Shown: one piece after another, positions 1-8,300 of the stretch | Numbering within the stretch: the first letter of the stretch is position 1 | Layout of the letters: each line of letters opens with the position of its first letter | Virus record (IMG/VR): IMGVR_UViG_3300000956_000009 | Span: 1 to 34,512 of that record | Length of the DNA: 34,512 nucleotides | Source of the DNA: a virus | Reading direction: 5' to 3' (one strand) | Translations under genes and position numbers: made by a program | The notes under the pieces: generated by a model | Seen by the model: the letters and a program-made list of their open reading frames with translations, nothing else | Database searches by the model: none | What the model was told of the DNA's origin: nothing

Positions 1-50
1 CGTAATCAAGCAGGACCTGACAATTGCCGAGATTCCGCGAGAACAGATCA
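1..50. repeat. Terminal direct repeat, copy 1 (identical to 34463..34512)
   Basis: cgtaatcaagcaggacctgacaattgccgagattccgcgagaacagatca occurs at both window ends. This is typical of the assembly overlap of a circular or terminally redundant genome. Confidence 0.95.
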
Positions 51-163
51 CCAAACAGTATCTGAAAGACCACGATATCCGCGGAGTGTTCGAAACTAAG
101 CAAGAAGTCGAAGAATGGTTCAAACTGAAGCGCAAAGCGGACAAGGCGTCCGGTAGGGCGTAA
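2..163 (+). CDS. Hypothetical small protein; 3' part of an ORF that crosses the window junction (start GTG at 34455)
   Basis: The frame is open from base 2 to TAA at 161..163. Joined through the 50-bp repeat, the ORF is 56 aa (VSFVIKQDLTIAEIPREQITKQYLKDHDIRGVFETKQEVEEWFKLKRKADKASGRA). GGCGGAG lies upstream of the GTG. Confidence 0.5.
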   Translation, partial: VIKQDLTIAEIPREQITKQYLKDHDIRGVFETKQEVEEWFKLKRKADKASGRA

Positions 164-327
164 CTGTCTGTAGCTTCACGCTTACGTGAGCCGACCGTGA
201 AGGGCATGACCAGGTACGCAGCAGGGGACCGTGAAGGACAGGCGTGGGCGGCGGACCCCCGTGACATAGATGATCTTGGATAGATCAGGCGGACTTCGCC
301 ACCAAGATTCGACCGAAAGGCCAGGAA

Positions 328-585
328 ATGACAGGTTTTGGAGAAGGCGAATACGGAAAAGGTCCGTACGGCGGGGAAGCGAAAGCCGACCTCGATACCC
401 GACTTCAGGCAGTTCTTGATGAATATGCCGAACGTGGTTGGTCTGTCGAAGTTTGTCTGAAACGTAGCGGCTCTTCCTACGTTGAGACAACAGGACCGTA
501 TGTTTCTGATGGTGAGACAGTCGCTACCATTGCAGATGTCTGGGATGCCAACGATATGGACGTTGCCCCGAACAGTAGTTTGTAG
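328..585 (+). CDS. Hypothetical protein with N-terminal Gly/Tyr motif GFGEGEYGKGPYGG
   Basis: 85-aa ORF co-oriented with the packaging genes. The motif resembles the GYG-rich linker of the 1039-aa tail protein. Confidence 0.55.
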   Translation: MTGFGEGEYGKGPYGGEAKADLDTRLQAVLDEYAERGWSVEVCLKRSGSSYVETTGPYVSDGETVATIADVWDANDMDVAPNSSL

Positions 586-617
586 CAACACCAAATGCAG
601 GGTGAGGAATCCTGCGA

Positions 618-1247
618 ATGTCCGAGGAGGACACCATGTTGAAGAAGTTCTGCGACCAGTGTGAAGAAGAGATGCAAGTCAACACTGGCTACGAAGTTGA
701 CTGGGACGGTCGACGCGAACACATGTGTTCGTGGGGATGCGTACAGGATATCGATGCGAGTGCGGCAGGGTTTCCGGTCAAGATTTCATGGATTGGAAAG
801 CCGGAAGAACTTCGGTTTCAGTGGCGCCAAGGTCATGACACGAGTTCACTTGAGCGGATTCGTGAAGCAGACAAGTACAAGATTCCCACCTTCGCCACAC
901 TGAACGAGTACTTTGCGCAGTTCGACGAGTACGAAGGTACTGTGCGAGTCGAAATCACGAAGACCCTCAAGCGCGAACTTTCCCAAATGGTTGACAACGT
1001 TGGTCGACCGGTGCTGGTTGAAAACAAGAACTCGACCAAGCTGTTCGGTTACCCAGTGGAAATCCGGGCGTTCGTAGATTCGAATACACCGTTCTTGGGA
1101 ATGCGGACTTGGATGCGACAGACAGATTCTGCGGTACATGCCCGCATGGCAGAGAAATTCAACGCCGGAACTCTGGCACAGGGACAGAAATTTCTAGAAG
1201 AGGGGCGGAAGCTTGAAGCGGACGCGCCCGATCGTACCGGCGAGTAA
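618..1247 (+). CDS. Hypothetical protein: N-terminal 4-Cys zinc-ribbon-like motif plus a segment resembling the C-terminal part of the HK97-type capsid protein
   Basis: Cys motif: CDQC...CSWGC. LKRELSQMVDNVGRPVLVE...LFGYPV parallels the capsid segment LQDEILSLLDNDGRPIFVE...IFGYPV. ATG 636 is an alternative start, preceded by GAGGAGG. Confidence 0.65.
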   Translation: MSEEDTMLKKFCDQCEEEMQVNTGYEVDWDGRREHMCSWGCVQDIDASAAGFPVKISWIGKPEELRFQWRQGHDTSSLERIREADKYKIPTFATLNEYFAQFDEYEGTVRVEITKTLKRELSQMVDNVGRPVLVENKNSTKLFGYPVEIRAFVDSNTPFLGMRTWMRQTDSAVHARMAEKFNAGTLAQGQKFLEEGRKLEADAPDRTGE

Positions 1248-1284
1248 CATACAGAGTTGGGTTTCTAGGAAGATTTAGGACGTT

Positions 1285-2919
1285 GTGATGGCAGCCCAAA
1301 ACCTCGGATCTTATGATCCATTGATGTTGAACGGGATGACTGCGCGGGATTTCGATATTGTAGAATACCTGTCGCAGTATCCCAAGGAGGTTTTGGGCTG
1401 CTCGCAAGGTAGGATTGCCGCAACTCGGGACAATCCACTGCTGTTCGCCATCCTGTACTTGTCGCACAAGACCACCCTGTTTGACGAAAATGGCAAACCG
1501 AAGGTGTCGTTTGCTCAGGTGCACCTGGATTGGTGTCGTCTGGCATTGACGTTGATGGTCAAGAACTCGCCACTTGAGCCAGATGAGAACCATCATGCGG
1601 TAATCGCACCCCGAGAAACTGGCAAATCTACCTGGTGGTTCGGAATTATTCCGCTTTGGGCGGCCGCACACAAGCACATCAGCTTCATTGCCGCGTTTTC
1701 CGGTACTGACCAACAGGTCACCAAGCACCTGGAAGCGTTCAAACGAGAACTTGACACCAATGCTGCGTTACAACGGGACTATCCACTGTTGTGTGATGTG
1801 CGAATGTCCAAGCAAACTGGCAAACCAGTGATGGACAACGCCCACTTTACCTCACGTAATAACGGATTCTCGTTCTCTGCCCTTGGTCTGGGTTCATCGG
1901 TGGTTGGTTTGAAGGATGGCGACAACCGTCCGGACATGATTTTGCTGGACGACATTGAACCTGGCGAAAAGTTCTACTCTGCTAGCGAAGCCATGAAGAA
2001 TCTCATTACTGTCCGAGATGACATTCTGCCATTGGGGCGGACGGCCCACGTGCTTTGGGCTGGATACACCACAATGGTGGATTCACTGGTGCACCAAATG
2101 GTTCGGTCTGCGAAAAACTCCGAAGATACCGCAGACTGGATCAAGGGGATGAGTTTCCAGGTTCACTATCAGCCACCGGTCATCACTGATATGGAACTTG
2201 GAACCAGAGAAAGCTTCTGGCCGGACCGATATCCGCTAGAAAACCTGGACAAGCAGCGTGCCGAAGACCCGTACAAGTACCACAAGAATATTGAAAACGA
2301 TCCGCTGGATAACTCTGGGTCATGGTGGCGCAAAGAAGACATCGAACGGGCCAGACTGGCGGAAGGTAAACCCGCACCAGAACTCTACGATCGGCTGATT
2401 CTGGTCGTTGATGGCGCAGTAACTACAAAAACAACCTCAGACTTCACAGGCATCGCCCTGGTCGGCCTCGATGTAGCCCAACGTCGGTTCTATGTGTTGG
2501 AAGCTTTTGGAGTTAAGCAGTCTGGCGATCAACTTCGTTCCACTTGTTTGGAGCTTATTGAGCAACACGGTGTGCACTACATGCTGGTGGAAACGAACCA
2601 GGGTGGTGACATGTGGCACATTGTGTTTCACGACATGGGTGTGCCGGTCACATCAATTCACAACAAACTCAAGAAAGAGTTCCGAATCAAGCAATTGCAG
2701 TTCACGTATCAACGTGATGGCGGGCATGTCACGCACGTAAAGACATTGCCGCAACTGGAACGGCAGGAATTGGCGTATCCACACGTGGTTAATGATGATA
2801 TTGTGGATGCGGTTGCTTGTGGTGTCGAGCATCTGACACACATGTTGCTCAAGGATATTGGCGCGCGGCGGTCGAAGGCAATCGTTCGGAATGTTTCGTA
2901 CGTTGGTAGGAGGGGGTGA
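1285..2919 (+). CDS. terL: Terminase large subunit
   Basis: 544 aa. Walker A-like APRETGKST and Walker B-like MILLDDIEPGE. Acidic nuclease-domain motifs LVVDGAVT, LVETNQGGD and NDDIVDA. Lies directly upstream of the portal gene. Start is GTG 1285 or ATG 1288. Confidence 0.9.
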   Translation: MMAAQNLGSYDPLMLNGMTARDFDIVEYLSQYPKEVLGCSQGRIAATRDNPLLFAILYLSHKTTLFDENGKPKVSFAQVHLDWCRLALTLMVKNSPLEPDENHHAVIAPRETGKSTWWFGIIPLWAAAHKHISFIAAFSGTDQQVTKHLEAFKRELDTNAALQRDYPLLCDVRMSKQTGKPVMDNAHFTSRNNGFSFSALGLGSSVVGLKDGDNRPDMILLDDIEPGEKFYSASEAMKNLITVRDDILPLGRTAHVLWAGYTTMVDSLVHQMVRSAKNSEDTADWIKGMSFQVHYQPPVITDMELGTRESFWPDRYPLENLDKQRAEDPYKYHKNIENDPLDNSGSWWRKEDIERARLAEGKPAPELYDRLILVVDGAVTTKTTSDFTGIALVGLDVAQRRFYVLEAFGVKQSGDQLRSTCLELIEQHGVHYMLVETNQGGDMWHIVFHDMGVPVTSIHNKLKKEFRIKQLQFTYQRDGGHVTHVKTLPQLERQELAYPHVVNDDIVDAVACGVEHLTHMLLKDIGARRSKAIVRNVSYVGRRG

Positions 2920-4571
2920 GCATGGACCAAGATTACAAAAACCCGGATATTGAAGTGGCATTGAACGAAATTGAGATTCATGCCGACGGGTATCACGATG
3001 CGAAGAACTACGATGACATCAACATTTGGGACGTGAACTCGCTCGACCGACTTGGCGAGACATTGCGCCGGTCTGATATTGAGTACGACCCGAACTACTG
3101 TGCCATCGTGATTGACTCGGTCAACAACAAGATGAACATTTCTTCGTTGGTGGCGCTTGTCGGAAACGATGCACCAAAAGACCCAGGTGAGGTGTTTCGG
3201 CGCGGAACACGTCTTGTTCACGTGGGAAGCGGCGCACGGCCGGATGAGCCATCGAACGATGTCGATATGAATGCTGGGCAATCTGCGGACGCTACGTCAG
3301 TACTGAACAAAGTTTGGGCTGACAATGATATGGAATCGTACTATCGACAGTGGGATCGCAATGCACTGCGCGATGGTGATGGTTACGTTATGGTTTGGCC
3401 GGAAACTGAAGAATCTGCACTTGATGTAGATGACGAAGTTATCGATCGGACCCCAGATCCGACCACAGTAAACATTACTTACATCGATCCGCGCAACGGT
3501 CGGATGTTCTACGACCCACGCAACCCACGCCGTAAGCGATTTTTTGCGCAAACTTGGTTTGAGGACCGCAAAGACTTGAACGGTGAGGCGTACACCCGGC
3601 TCAACCTGATCTACCCAGATCGAATTGAGAAGTGGATTTCCACGACCTCCCGACACAACCGGAAAGTTTCGGAATTCGAACCATACTACGGCGACCCAGA
3701 ATCGGACACCTTCTCCGATGAGTGGCCGTTGCCGAATCCGTATGGGCAGATTCCGGTTTTCCACTTGCGTACCGCACACGAATACGGCCAACCAGAACAC
3801 CGCAATGCGTTCGCTCCGCAGGATGCGATTTCAAAACTGACCGCAATGTTGATGGTAACAGTGGAATTCCAGGCGTTCCCGCAGCGTTATGCGCTGATGG
3901 AAGCTGACAAATTCCTCCAGCAAACCCAGCAACATGACCCGATGTCTGAGGTTTATGCCGGTAGTTCAGACAGCGAAGCCGTCGAAATCAACATTAACAG
4001 CTTGCAAAACGGTGATTACTCGAACGAAACTGGCTCAGAATTCGAATCTAACCCCGGTGGCATGCTGGTTCTGAAGAACTTCTCTGAAGTTGGTCAGTTC
4101 GAGACTGTAGACCCGGAAGCGTACCTCAAGCCATACCAGGAATTTGTGCGGGCAATCTCTTCGACCACGGCAACGCCACTGTACAAATTCCAAACTGGCG
4201 GCCAGATTCCGTCTGGTGAAGCATTGCGGATTGTGGATCGGCCGCTGAACGACAAAGTGCGCAACCGGTGCCGGATGTTTGGCAATGCTTACGAACAAAT
4301 GTTGGAATTTGCATTGATGGTGCTGGGTTACACGGCACGGGTCAATATCACCTGGGAAACCCCAGAAGATAATGATTCGGTCGATGTGTGGAACCTGGTA
4401 GAAAAGAAGATCAAGCTCGGTGTTCCGCCACACAAGGCGTACATGGACGCCGGAATCCCAGAGCGGGAAGCTCGCGAATGGGAAGCAAGTTACCTCAAGG
4501 CGAAGGCGGAATTCCAGAATCGCTTTGAGCTAGGACGTGAAGAACAAAGGCCAGAAGGTGATGAGAAGTGA
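2916..4571 (+). CDS. Portal protein
   Basis: 551 aa, immediately after TerL (its stop overlaps this start) and before scaffold and capsid. GGAGGGGG lies upstream, so ATG 2922 is the likely true start. Confidence 0.85.
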   Translation: MSMDQDYKNPDIEVALNEIEIHADGYHDAKNYDDINIWDVNSLDRLGETLRRSDIEYDPNYCAIVIDSVNNKMNISSLVALVGNDAPKDPGEVFRRGTRLVHVGSGARPDEPSNDVDMNAGQSADATSVLNKVWADNDMESYYRQWDRNALRDGDGYVMVWPETEESALDVDDEVIDRTPDPTTVNITYIDPRNGRMFYDPRNPRRKRFFAQTWFEDRKDLNGEAYTRLNLIYPDRIEKWISTTSRHNRKVSEFEPYYGDPESDTFSDEWPLPNPYGQIPVFHLRTAHEYGQPEHRNAFAPQDAISKLTAMLMVTVEFQAFPQRYALMEADKFLQQTQQHDPMSEVYAGSSDSEAVEININSLQNGDYSNETGSEFESNPGGMLVLKNFSEVGQFETVDPEAYLKPYQEFVRAISSTTATPLYKFQTGGQIPSGEALRIVDRPLNDKVRNRCRMFGNAYEQMLEFALMVLGYTARVNITWETPEDNDSVDVWNLVEKKIKLGVPPHKAYMDAGIPEREAREWEASYLKAKAEFQNRFELGREEQRPEGDEK

Positions 4572-5239
4572 GCACATTTGATCCGGCAATGGTGGGTGGT
4601 GGCGGAACAGGTGATGTTTCGGCCTTCCCCATTGACGATTCCGCAACAGACCCAAATGCTACCACCCCCCCTGGTCGGCCAGATGATGACAATGAACTGG
4701 ACGAGACCGAGGAAGTTGAAGAAGAAACCTGGGTTCCTCCTACCAAAGAGGAATGGGAAGCCGCACAAGGCAAATTGAAGCGTGCTCGTGAGCAGGCTCG
4801 GAAAGAGCGTGAGCGGCGCCAGGCTGCCCTTGCCCCGAATGCCCAAGATCCTGCTTCGACAGCCACAAATGAAAGTTCTGCTGAAGTTGCGAAATGGCAG
4901 AACCGTGCCATCGATGGCTACGTTCGGGCAGGTTTGGCGGCACGTGGTCTTGATGAGAAGTATGTGCCGCTGCTCAAGGCACAGCTTGATTATTCGAAGG
5001 TTGACTTCGATGACGATGTGCCGGAATTGGATGACTGGTTTGACGATATGGAAGACCGGTTTCCTGGACTCTTTGTAGCGAAAACCCAGAAAACCTCAAA
5101 TCGGCGCGCCGCTGCGCCTCCGCTGGAACAGGGACGTACCACGAGTAGCAACAATGGCTCCGGTAAGCCCAGGTCCATCACAGAGCTGATGCTGGCGGCC
5201 TCCGAGCGCGAGCACGGATTCCGTACCCGCCGTCGATAG
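4568..5239 (+). CDS. Scaffolding protein
   Basis: 223 aa, highly acidic with a charged helical region (KLKRAREQARKERERRQAA). Sits between portal and major capsid. GTGA overlap with the portal stop. Confidence 0.7.
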   Translation: MSTFDPAMVGGGGTGDVSAFPIDDSATDPNATTPPGRPDDDNELDETEEVEEETWVPPTKEEWEAAQGKLKRAREQARKERERRQAALAPNAQDPASTATNESSAEVAKWQNRAIDGYVRAGLAARGLDEKYVPLLKAQLDYSKVDFDDDVPELDDWFDDMEDRFPGLFVAKTQKTSNRRAAAPPLEQGRTTSSNNGSGKPRSITELMLAASEREHGFRTRRR

Positions 5240-5376
5240 GTCGACAGTGTTTCACCTGCATCAACTCCTGAACAAGATCCGACCGACCTGTCGACGGATT
5301 GACAGTTGTTTGTACCAAGGAAAATGATGTCGAACATTCGTAGGGTCTTGCCCTAGACAGCCTTTGTAACGTATGC

Positions 5377-5406
5377 TATGGGGGAAGCCAGAGCGCTTCC
5401 CCCATA
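5377..5406 (+). other. Perfect 12-bp stem-loop in the capsid leader
   Basis: tatgggggaagc / cagagc / gcttcccccata. No clear U-tract follows. It lies in the 328-bp gap upstream of the capsid gene. Confidence 0.4.
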
Positions 5407-5567
5407 CTGCACAATAACGGTCAGAGCGCCGAGCTAATTCGATAGTTTTTCGCTATTGCGATGCCAGAGTGCCAATATAGCGATTTCGGGATAAAACCCG
5501 GAGTCCGCTTTGGTCATCCAAAACCTCCGGGAATTCGAGATTCTCATTCTTTGGAGGTGAACGGCAA

Positions 5568-6539
5568 ATGGCAGCTATTGGTATTACCAACTGGGTACCG
5601 ATTGAGAAGTCTCTCGGTGTCGAAGGGCGCGAACTTCAGCAGTCTGCAATTGCGAAGGCTGCAATGCGGCGCCGCTCATATCGCGGTGTTCAGGTTGATG
5701 TTCCACGGTTGACGAATGCAACCGTTGGCGGTGGTTCTACTCTTACCGCTGACACATCGACCACTGACGTCGTTTCGATGTACGACTACCTCTACAACGG
5801 TCTTGGCACCTTTGACGAGGCACAGGTCGAAGACTCACGCAACGACGCGATCGATGCCTGGGTGCAGGAATGGTACAACAGTAACAACATCGCGTACGAC
5901 AACGCTTCAATTGGTGTTACTGGTACTCGTTCGGCAACTGCTTCGGCATACCGGCCGTACACGTCGATTTACAAGGCGATTCGTACCGACGACAACTCGG
6001 GCGCGGTTTCGTACACCGCTGACACCAACCTGACGCAGACTGGAACTGGCGGTCTTACCTACGCCAACCTGGTTTCGTCACTTGGTAAGGTTCAGAGTAC
6101 TCAGTTCTGGCTTCCGTCAACTGGTGCACTGCTGATCCACCCGGGTCTCCAGGACGAAATCCTGAGTCTGTTGGACAACGACGGTCGTCCGATTTTCGTG
6201 GAATCTTCCAACGGTGGTGCCGGTGGTACTGCGCACGCTCCGGGACTTCCTGGCTCCAATGGTCGAGCAGGCACCATCTTCGGTTACCCGGTGTACTGGA
6301 CACATGGTGCAATCACGTCACCGGACTTCCGTACCCAGACCGGTAACAAGCTCGCCGTGTGGGTCAACCGGAACCGTCTGGTGTACGGCGTGAATGTGGA
6401 ACCTGAGTCACGATTCATTCCGGCCCGAATCAACCCATCTGCACTTGAGCACAACGTGCAGGCTCGGGCTCGGCGTGGTTTCGTACTTACTGTTCCAAAT
6501 GCAGCTTCTGTGCTGGAAGTCAACAAGGCTGGTGCATAA
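5568..6539 (+). CDS. Major capsid protein (HK97-fold type)
   Basis: 323 aa with GGAGG upstream. Position follows the scaffold gene. Carries the conserved pattern DGRPIFVE...IFGYPVYWTHGA typical of HK97-like capsids. A stem-loop follows the gene. Confidence 0.9.
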   Translation: MAAIGITNWVPIEKSLGVEGRELQQSAIAKAAMRRRSYRGVQVDVPRLTNATVGGGSTLTADTSTTDVVSMYDYLYNGLGTFDEAQVEDSRNDAIDAWVQEWYNSNNIAYDNASIGVTGTRSATASAYRPYTSIYKAIRTDDNSGAVSYTADTNLTQTGTGGLTYANLVSSLGKVQSTQFWLPSTGALLIHPGLQDEILSLLDNDGRPIFVESSNGGAGGTAHAPGLPGSNGRAGTIFGYPVYWTHGAITSPDFRTQTGNKLAVWVNRNRLVYGVNVEPESRFIPARINPSALEHNVQARARRGFVLTVPNAASVLEVNKAGA

Positions 6540-6554
6540 GCCTTAAACTGGGCA

Positions 6555-6607
6555 CCCGGACCCTGCGGACCATTTTTACTGGCCTTTGGGTTGATGTAGG
6601 GTCCGGG
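6555..6607 (+). terminator. Terminator-like stem-loop after the capsid gene
   Basis: cccggaccct (6555..6564) pairs with agggtccggg (6598..6607). A T-rich stretch follows. Confidence 0.35.
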
Positions 6608-6645
6608 CTCAGTTTGCAAGTTTATACTTTTTGAGGGAGGTCAGC

Positions 6646-7074
6646 GTGGCAATCACCATTACCGGTACTTGGGCCGATGCGGATGATGTACTCACGCTGA
6701 CCGGTAACGCAAATGCCAGTGAATCCGACGTAGTACTGGCTCAGGCCATGATTGAAATTGCAGTCAACCGATCATACCGGGCATCTGACGAAACAACTGG
6801 TGATTATTACTGGTTGTCTCGGGCAGTTGCATTTCAAGCCGACTACATTCAGCGGAATCCGGCAATTTATGCACAACAGGATTTCGTCCGAATGAGCCAA
6901 GACGGCTTCTCGGTTGACTACGGTTTGTATAACGGTAAGAAGTCGTCGATCACGTACTCGAAATTGGCAATTGCCGCATTGAACAATTTGCTCAGCAGTG
7001 GCAATGGAACCATCAAATTTAACTCAGCTTTCCAAAAGGGTTACCAATCCTTCGGATGGCAGAGGATTCGATAA
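6646..7074 (+). CDS. Head-tail connector (gp6-like) protein
   Basis: GTG start 5 nt after GAGGGAGG (the ORF track begins at TTG 6631). Pattern DDVLTLTG...SDVVLAQAMIEIAVNR and the position after the capsid gene support the call. Confidence 0.7.
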   Translation: MAITITGTWADADDVLTLTGNANASESDVVLAQAMIEIAVNRSYRASDETTGDYYWLSRAVAFQADYIQRNPAIYAQQDFVRMSQDGFSVDYGLYNGKKSSITYSKLAIAALNNLLSSGNGTIKFNSAFQKGYQSFGWQRIR

Positions 7075-7280
7075 TGGTTAAACTGACCTCGAAGAAGCGT
7101 AAGGGCCTAAAAGGGTCACAGTTCGCCATCCCATCGGAGCGCAAATACCCGATCAATGATAAGTCGCACGCTCGAAATGCACTTTCTCGGGTTTCTCAGC
7201 ACGGAACTTCTGTGGAAAAGGCACAGGTCCGCAAAGCAGTGAAGCGTAAGTATCCAAGTATCGGGAAAAAGAAGCGGTGA
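7074..7280 (+). CDS. Small basic hypothetical protein (motif KYPINDKSHARNALSRVSQHG)
   Basis: TAATG coupling to the upstream gene with GAGGA upstream. The ORF track begins at ATG 7056. Confidence 0.6.
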   Translation: MVKLTSKKRKGLKGSQFAIPSERKYPINDKSHARNALSRVSQHGTSVEKAQVRKAVKRKYPSIGKKKR

Positions 7281-7286
7281 TGGGCG

Positions 7287-7625
7287 ATGTTGGCACTGCC
7301 GACCACGACGATCACCATTCTGCGTGGTAACGAAGACGACTATGACGGCTCAATTTCCAATGAAACCACGGTTGCAACCGGCGTTTCTGCATCAATTTTA
7401 GAACAGGCTCGAAACGTCGGTGGTTTCACTGGTGGAGAACGTCGCACAGTTCGGTTGATTACTTGTCGAGTTTCGGCTGGTGTAGATCTCAGAGATGACG
7501 ATGATGTCGTGGATGAGCGTACTGGCACCCGATATGCAGCGCAAAATGTACGACTTATGCAAAACCCAGTAGTGCAAATGGACCTTACTGCTGAATTGAA
7601 GCGGACTGGTAGCAACACGCAATAG
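7287..7625 (+). CDS. Head closure / head-tail adaptor protein
   Basis: 112 aa in the connector block. N-terminal TTITILRG pattern is typical of head-closure proteins. Confidence 0.6.
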   Translation: MLALPTTTITILRGNEDDYDGSISNETTVATGVSASILEQARNVGGFTGGERRTVRLITCRVSAGVDLRDDDDVVDERTGTRYAAQNVRLMQNPVVQMDLTAELKRTGSNTQ

Positions 7626-7803
7626 TAAGAAAAATTATATTTGAGGCGGCGCACCGCTGTCGTAGCAAGATCAACTTCTATATAGCTAAAAACCATATAT
7701 TCCATAACTCCAACAACAGTCGCACATCTGGGTAGACCGGATGACTGAGTTGGACTTTCCATTGCTGTAGAGGCTGGAGAGCACAATGAGCGTAGTTGCC
7801 TCA

Positions 7804-7834
7804 GGTGCAGTCCTAGCCGGACTGTGCCTTTTTT
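7804..7834 (+). terminator. Intrinsic-terminator-like hairpin with U-tract
   Basis: ggtgcagtcc / tagcc / ggactgtgcc forms a 10-bp stem with two G-U pairs, followed by tttttt. It sits 20 nt before ATG 7854. Confidence 0.4.
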
Positions 7835-7853
7835 GTGCTCTTGGAGGTTTCTA

Positions 7854-8291
7854 ATGGCGCTTCCCGCAAACAGCGAACTTGTCGCGCTTGCTTGGCTTCG
7901 CTCCCTGGACAACATTGCCGACAACCAAGTTGGGACTGGACTTAATAGTTCAGCAAATCTCAGCGGCGGTTACATTACTGTCGGACCAGTCGTGGGTGGC
8001 GACATTGACTTGTATATGAAAACTCGGCGACCAGTACTCCAGGTTGATGCCTGGTCGGCCACAGCTAAAGGGAAAGCAGACTGGGCAACAGCCACAAATT
8101 TGGCTGAATATGTTCGGGCTGGTACCGAAGACGTGACAAAGAAGCGAGTTGCCTTAACATTGCGTACTGGTTATAACCAGGCACAGGTGACAAAAGCAAG
8201 CTTTGTCACCGAACCACAGCGAATTGAGAACGACCCGAGTGATTACGCCCGAATCCAGTTCGATCTCGAACTGTGGTGGACTGAGGTATAA
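7854..8291 (+). CDS. Tail terminator / neck protein
   Basis: ATG preceded by GGAGG (the ORF track begins at 7824). 145 aa directly upstream of the major tail gene. Pattern PVLQVDAWSA...ATNLAEYVR resembles tail-terminator family proteins. Confidence 0.65.
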   Translation: MALPANSELVALAWLRSLDNIADNQVGTGLNSSANLSGGYITVGPVVGGDIDLYMKTRRPVLQVDAWSATAKGKADWATATNLAEYVRAGTEDVTKKRVALTLRTGYNQAQVTKASFVTEPQRIENDPSDYARIQFDLELWWTEV

Positions 8292-8300
8292 GGAGGGGCA

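Noticed and set aside
1159-1728. 189-aa minus-strand ORF, and similar long antisense ORFs (2709..3281, 3297..3800, 10027..10473, 11395..11895, 30574..31086, 34157..34471)
   Set aside because: All lie opposite genes with strong functional motifs, have low-complexity compositions and lack start contexts. They are typical shadow ORFs.
5461-5712. 83-aa plus-strand ORF overlapping the capsid gene start
   Set aside because: It is out of frame with the well-supported capsid gene and has no RBS. The region reads better as a structured leader.
7340-7924. 194-aa minus-strand ORF covering the 7626..7853 gap
   Set aside because: It is Ser/Arg-rich shadow-ORF composition, antisense to two well-supported plus-strand genes. 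It has no RBS and is the only reverse ORF in a co-directional structural operon.
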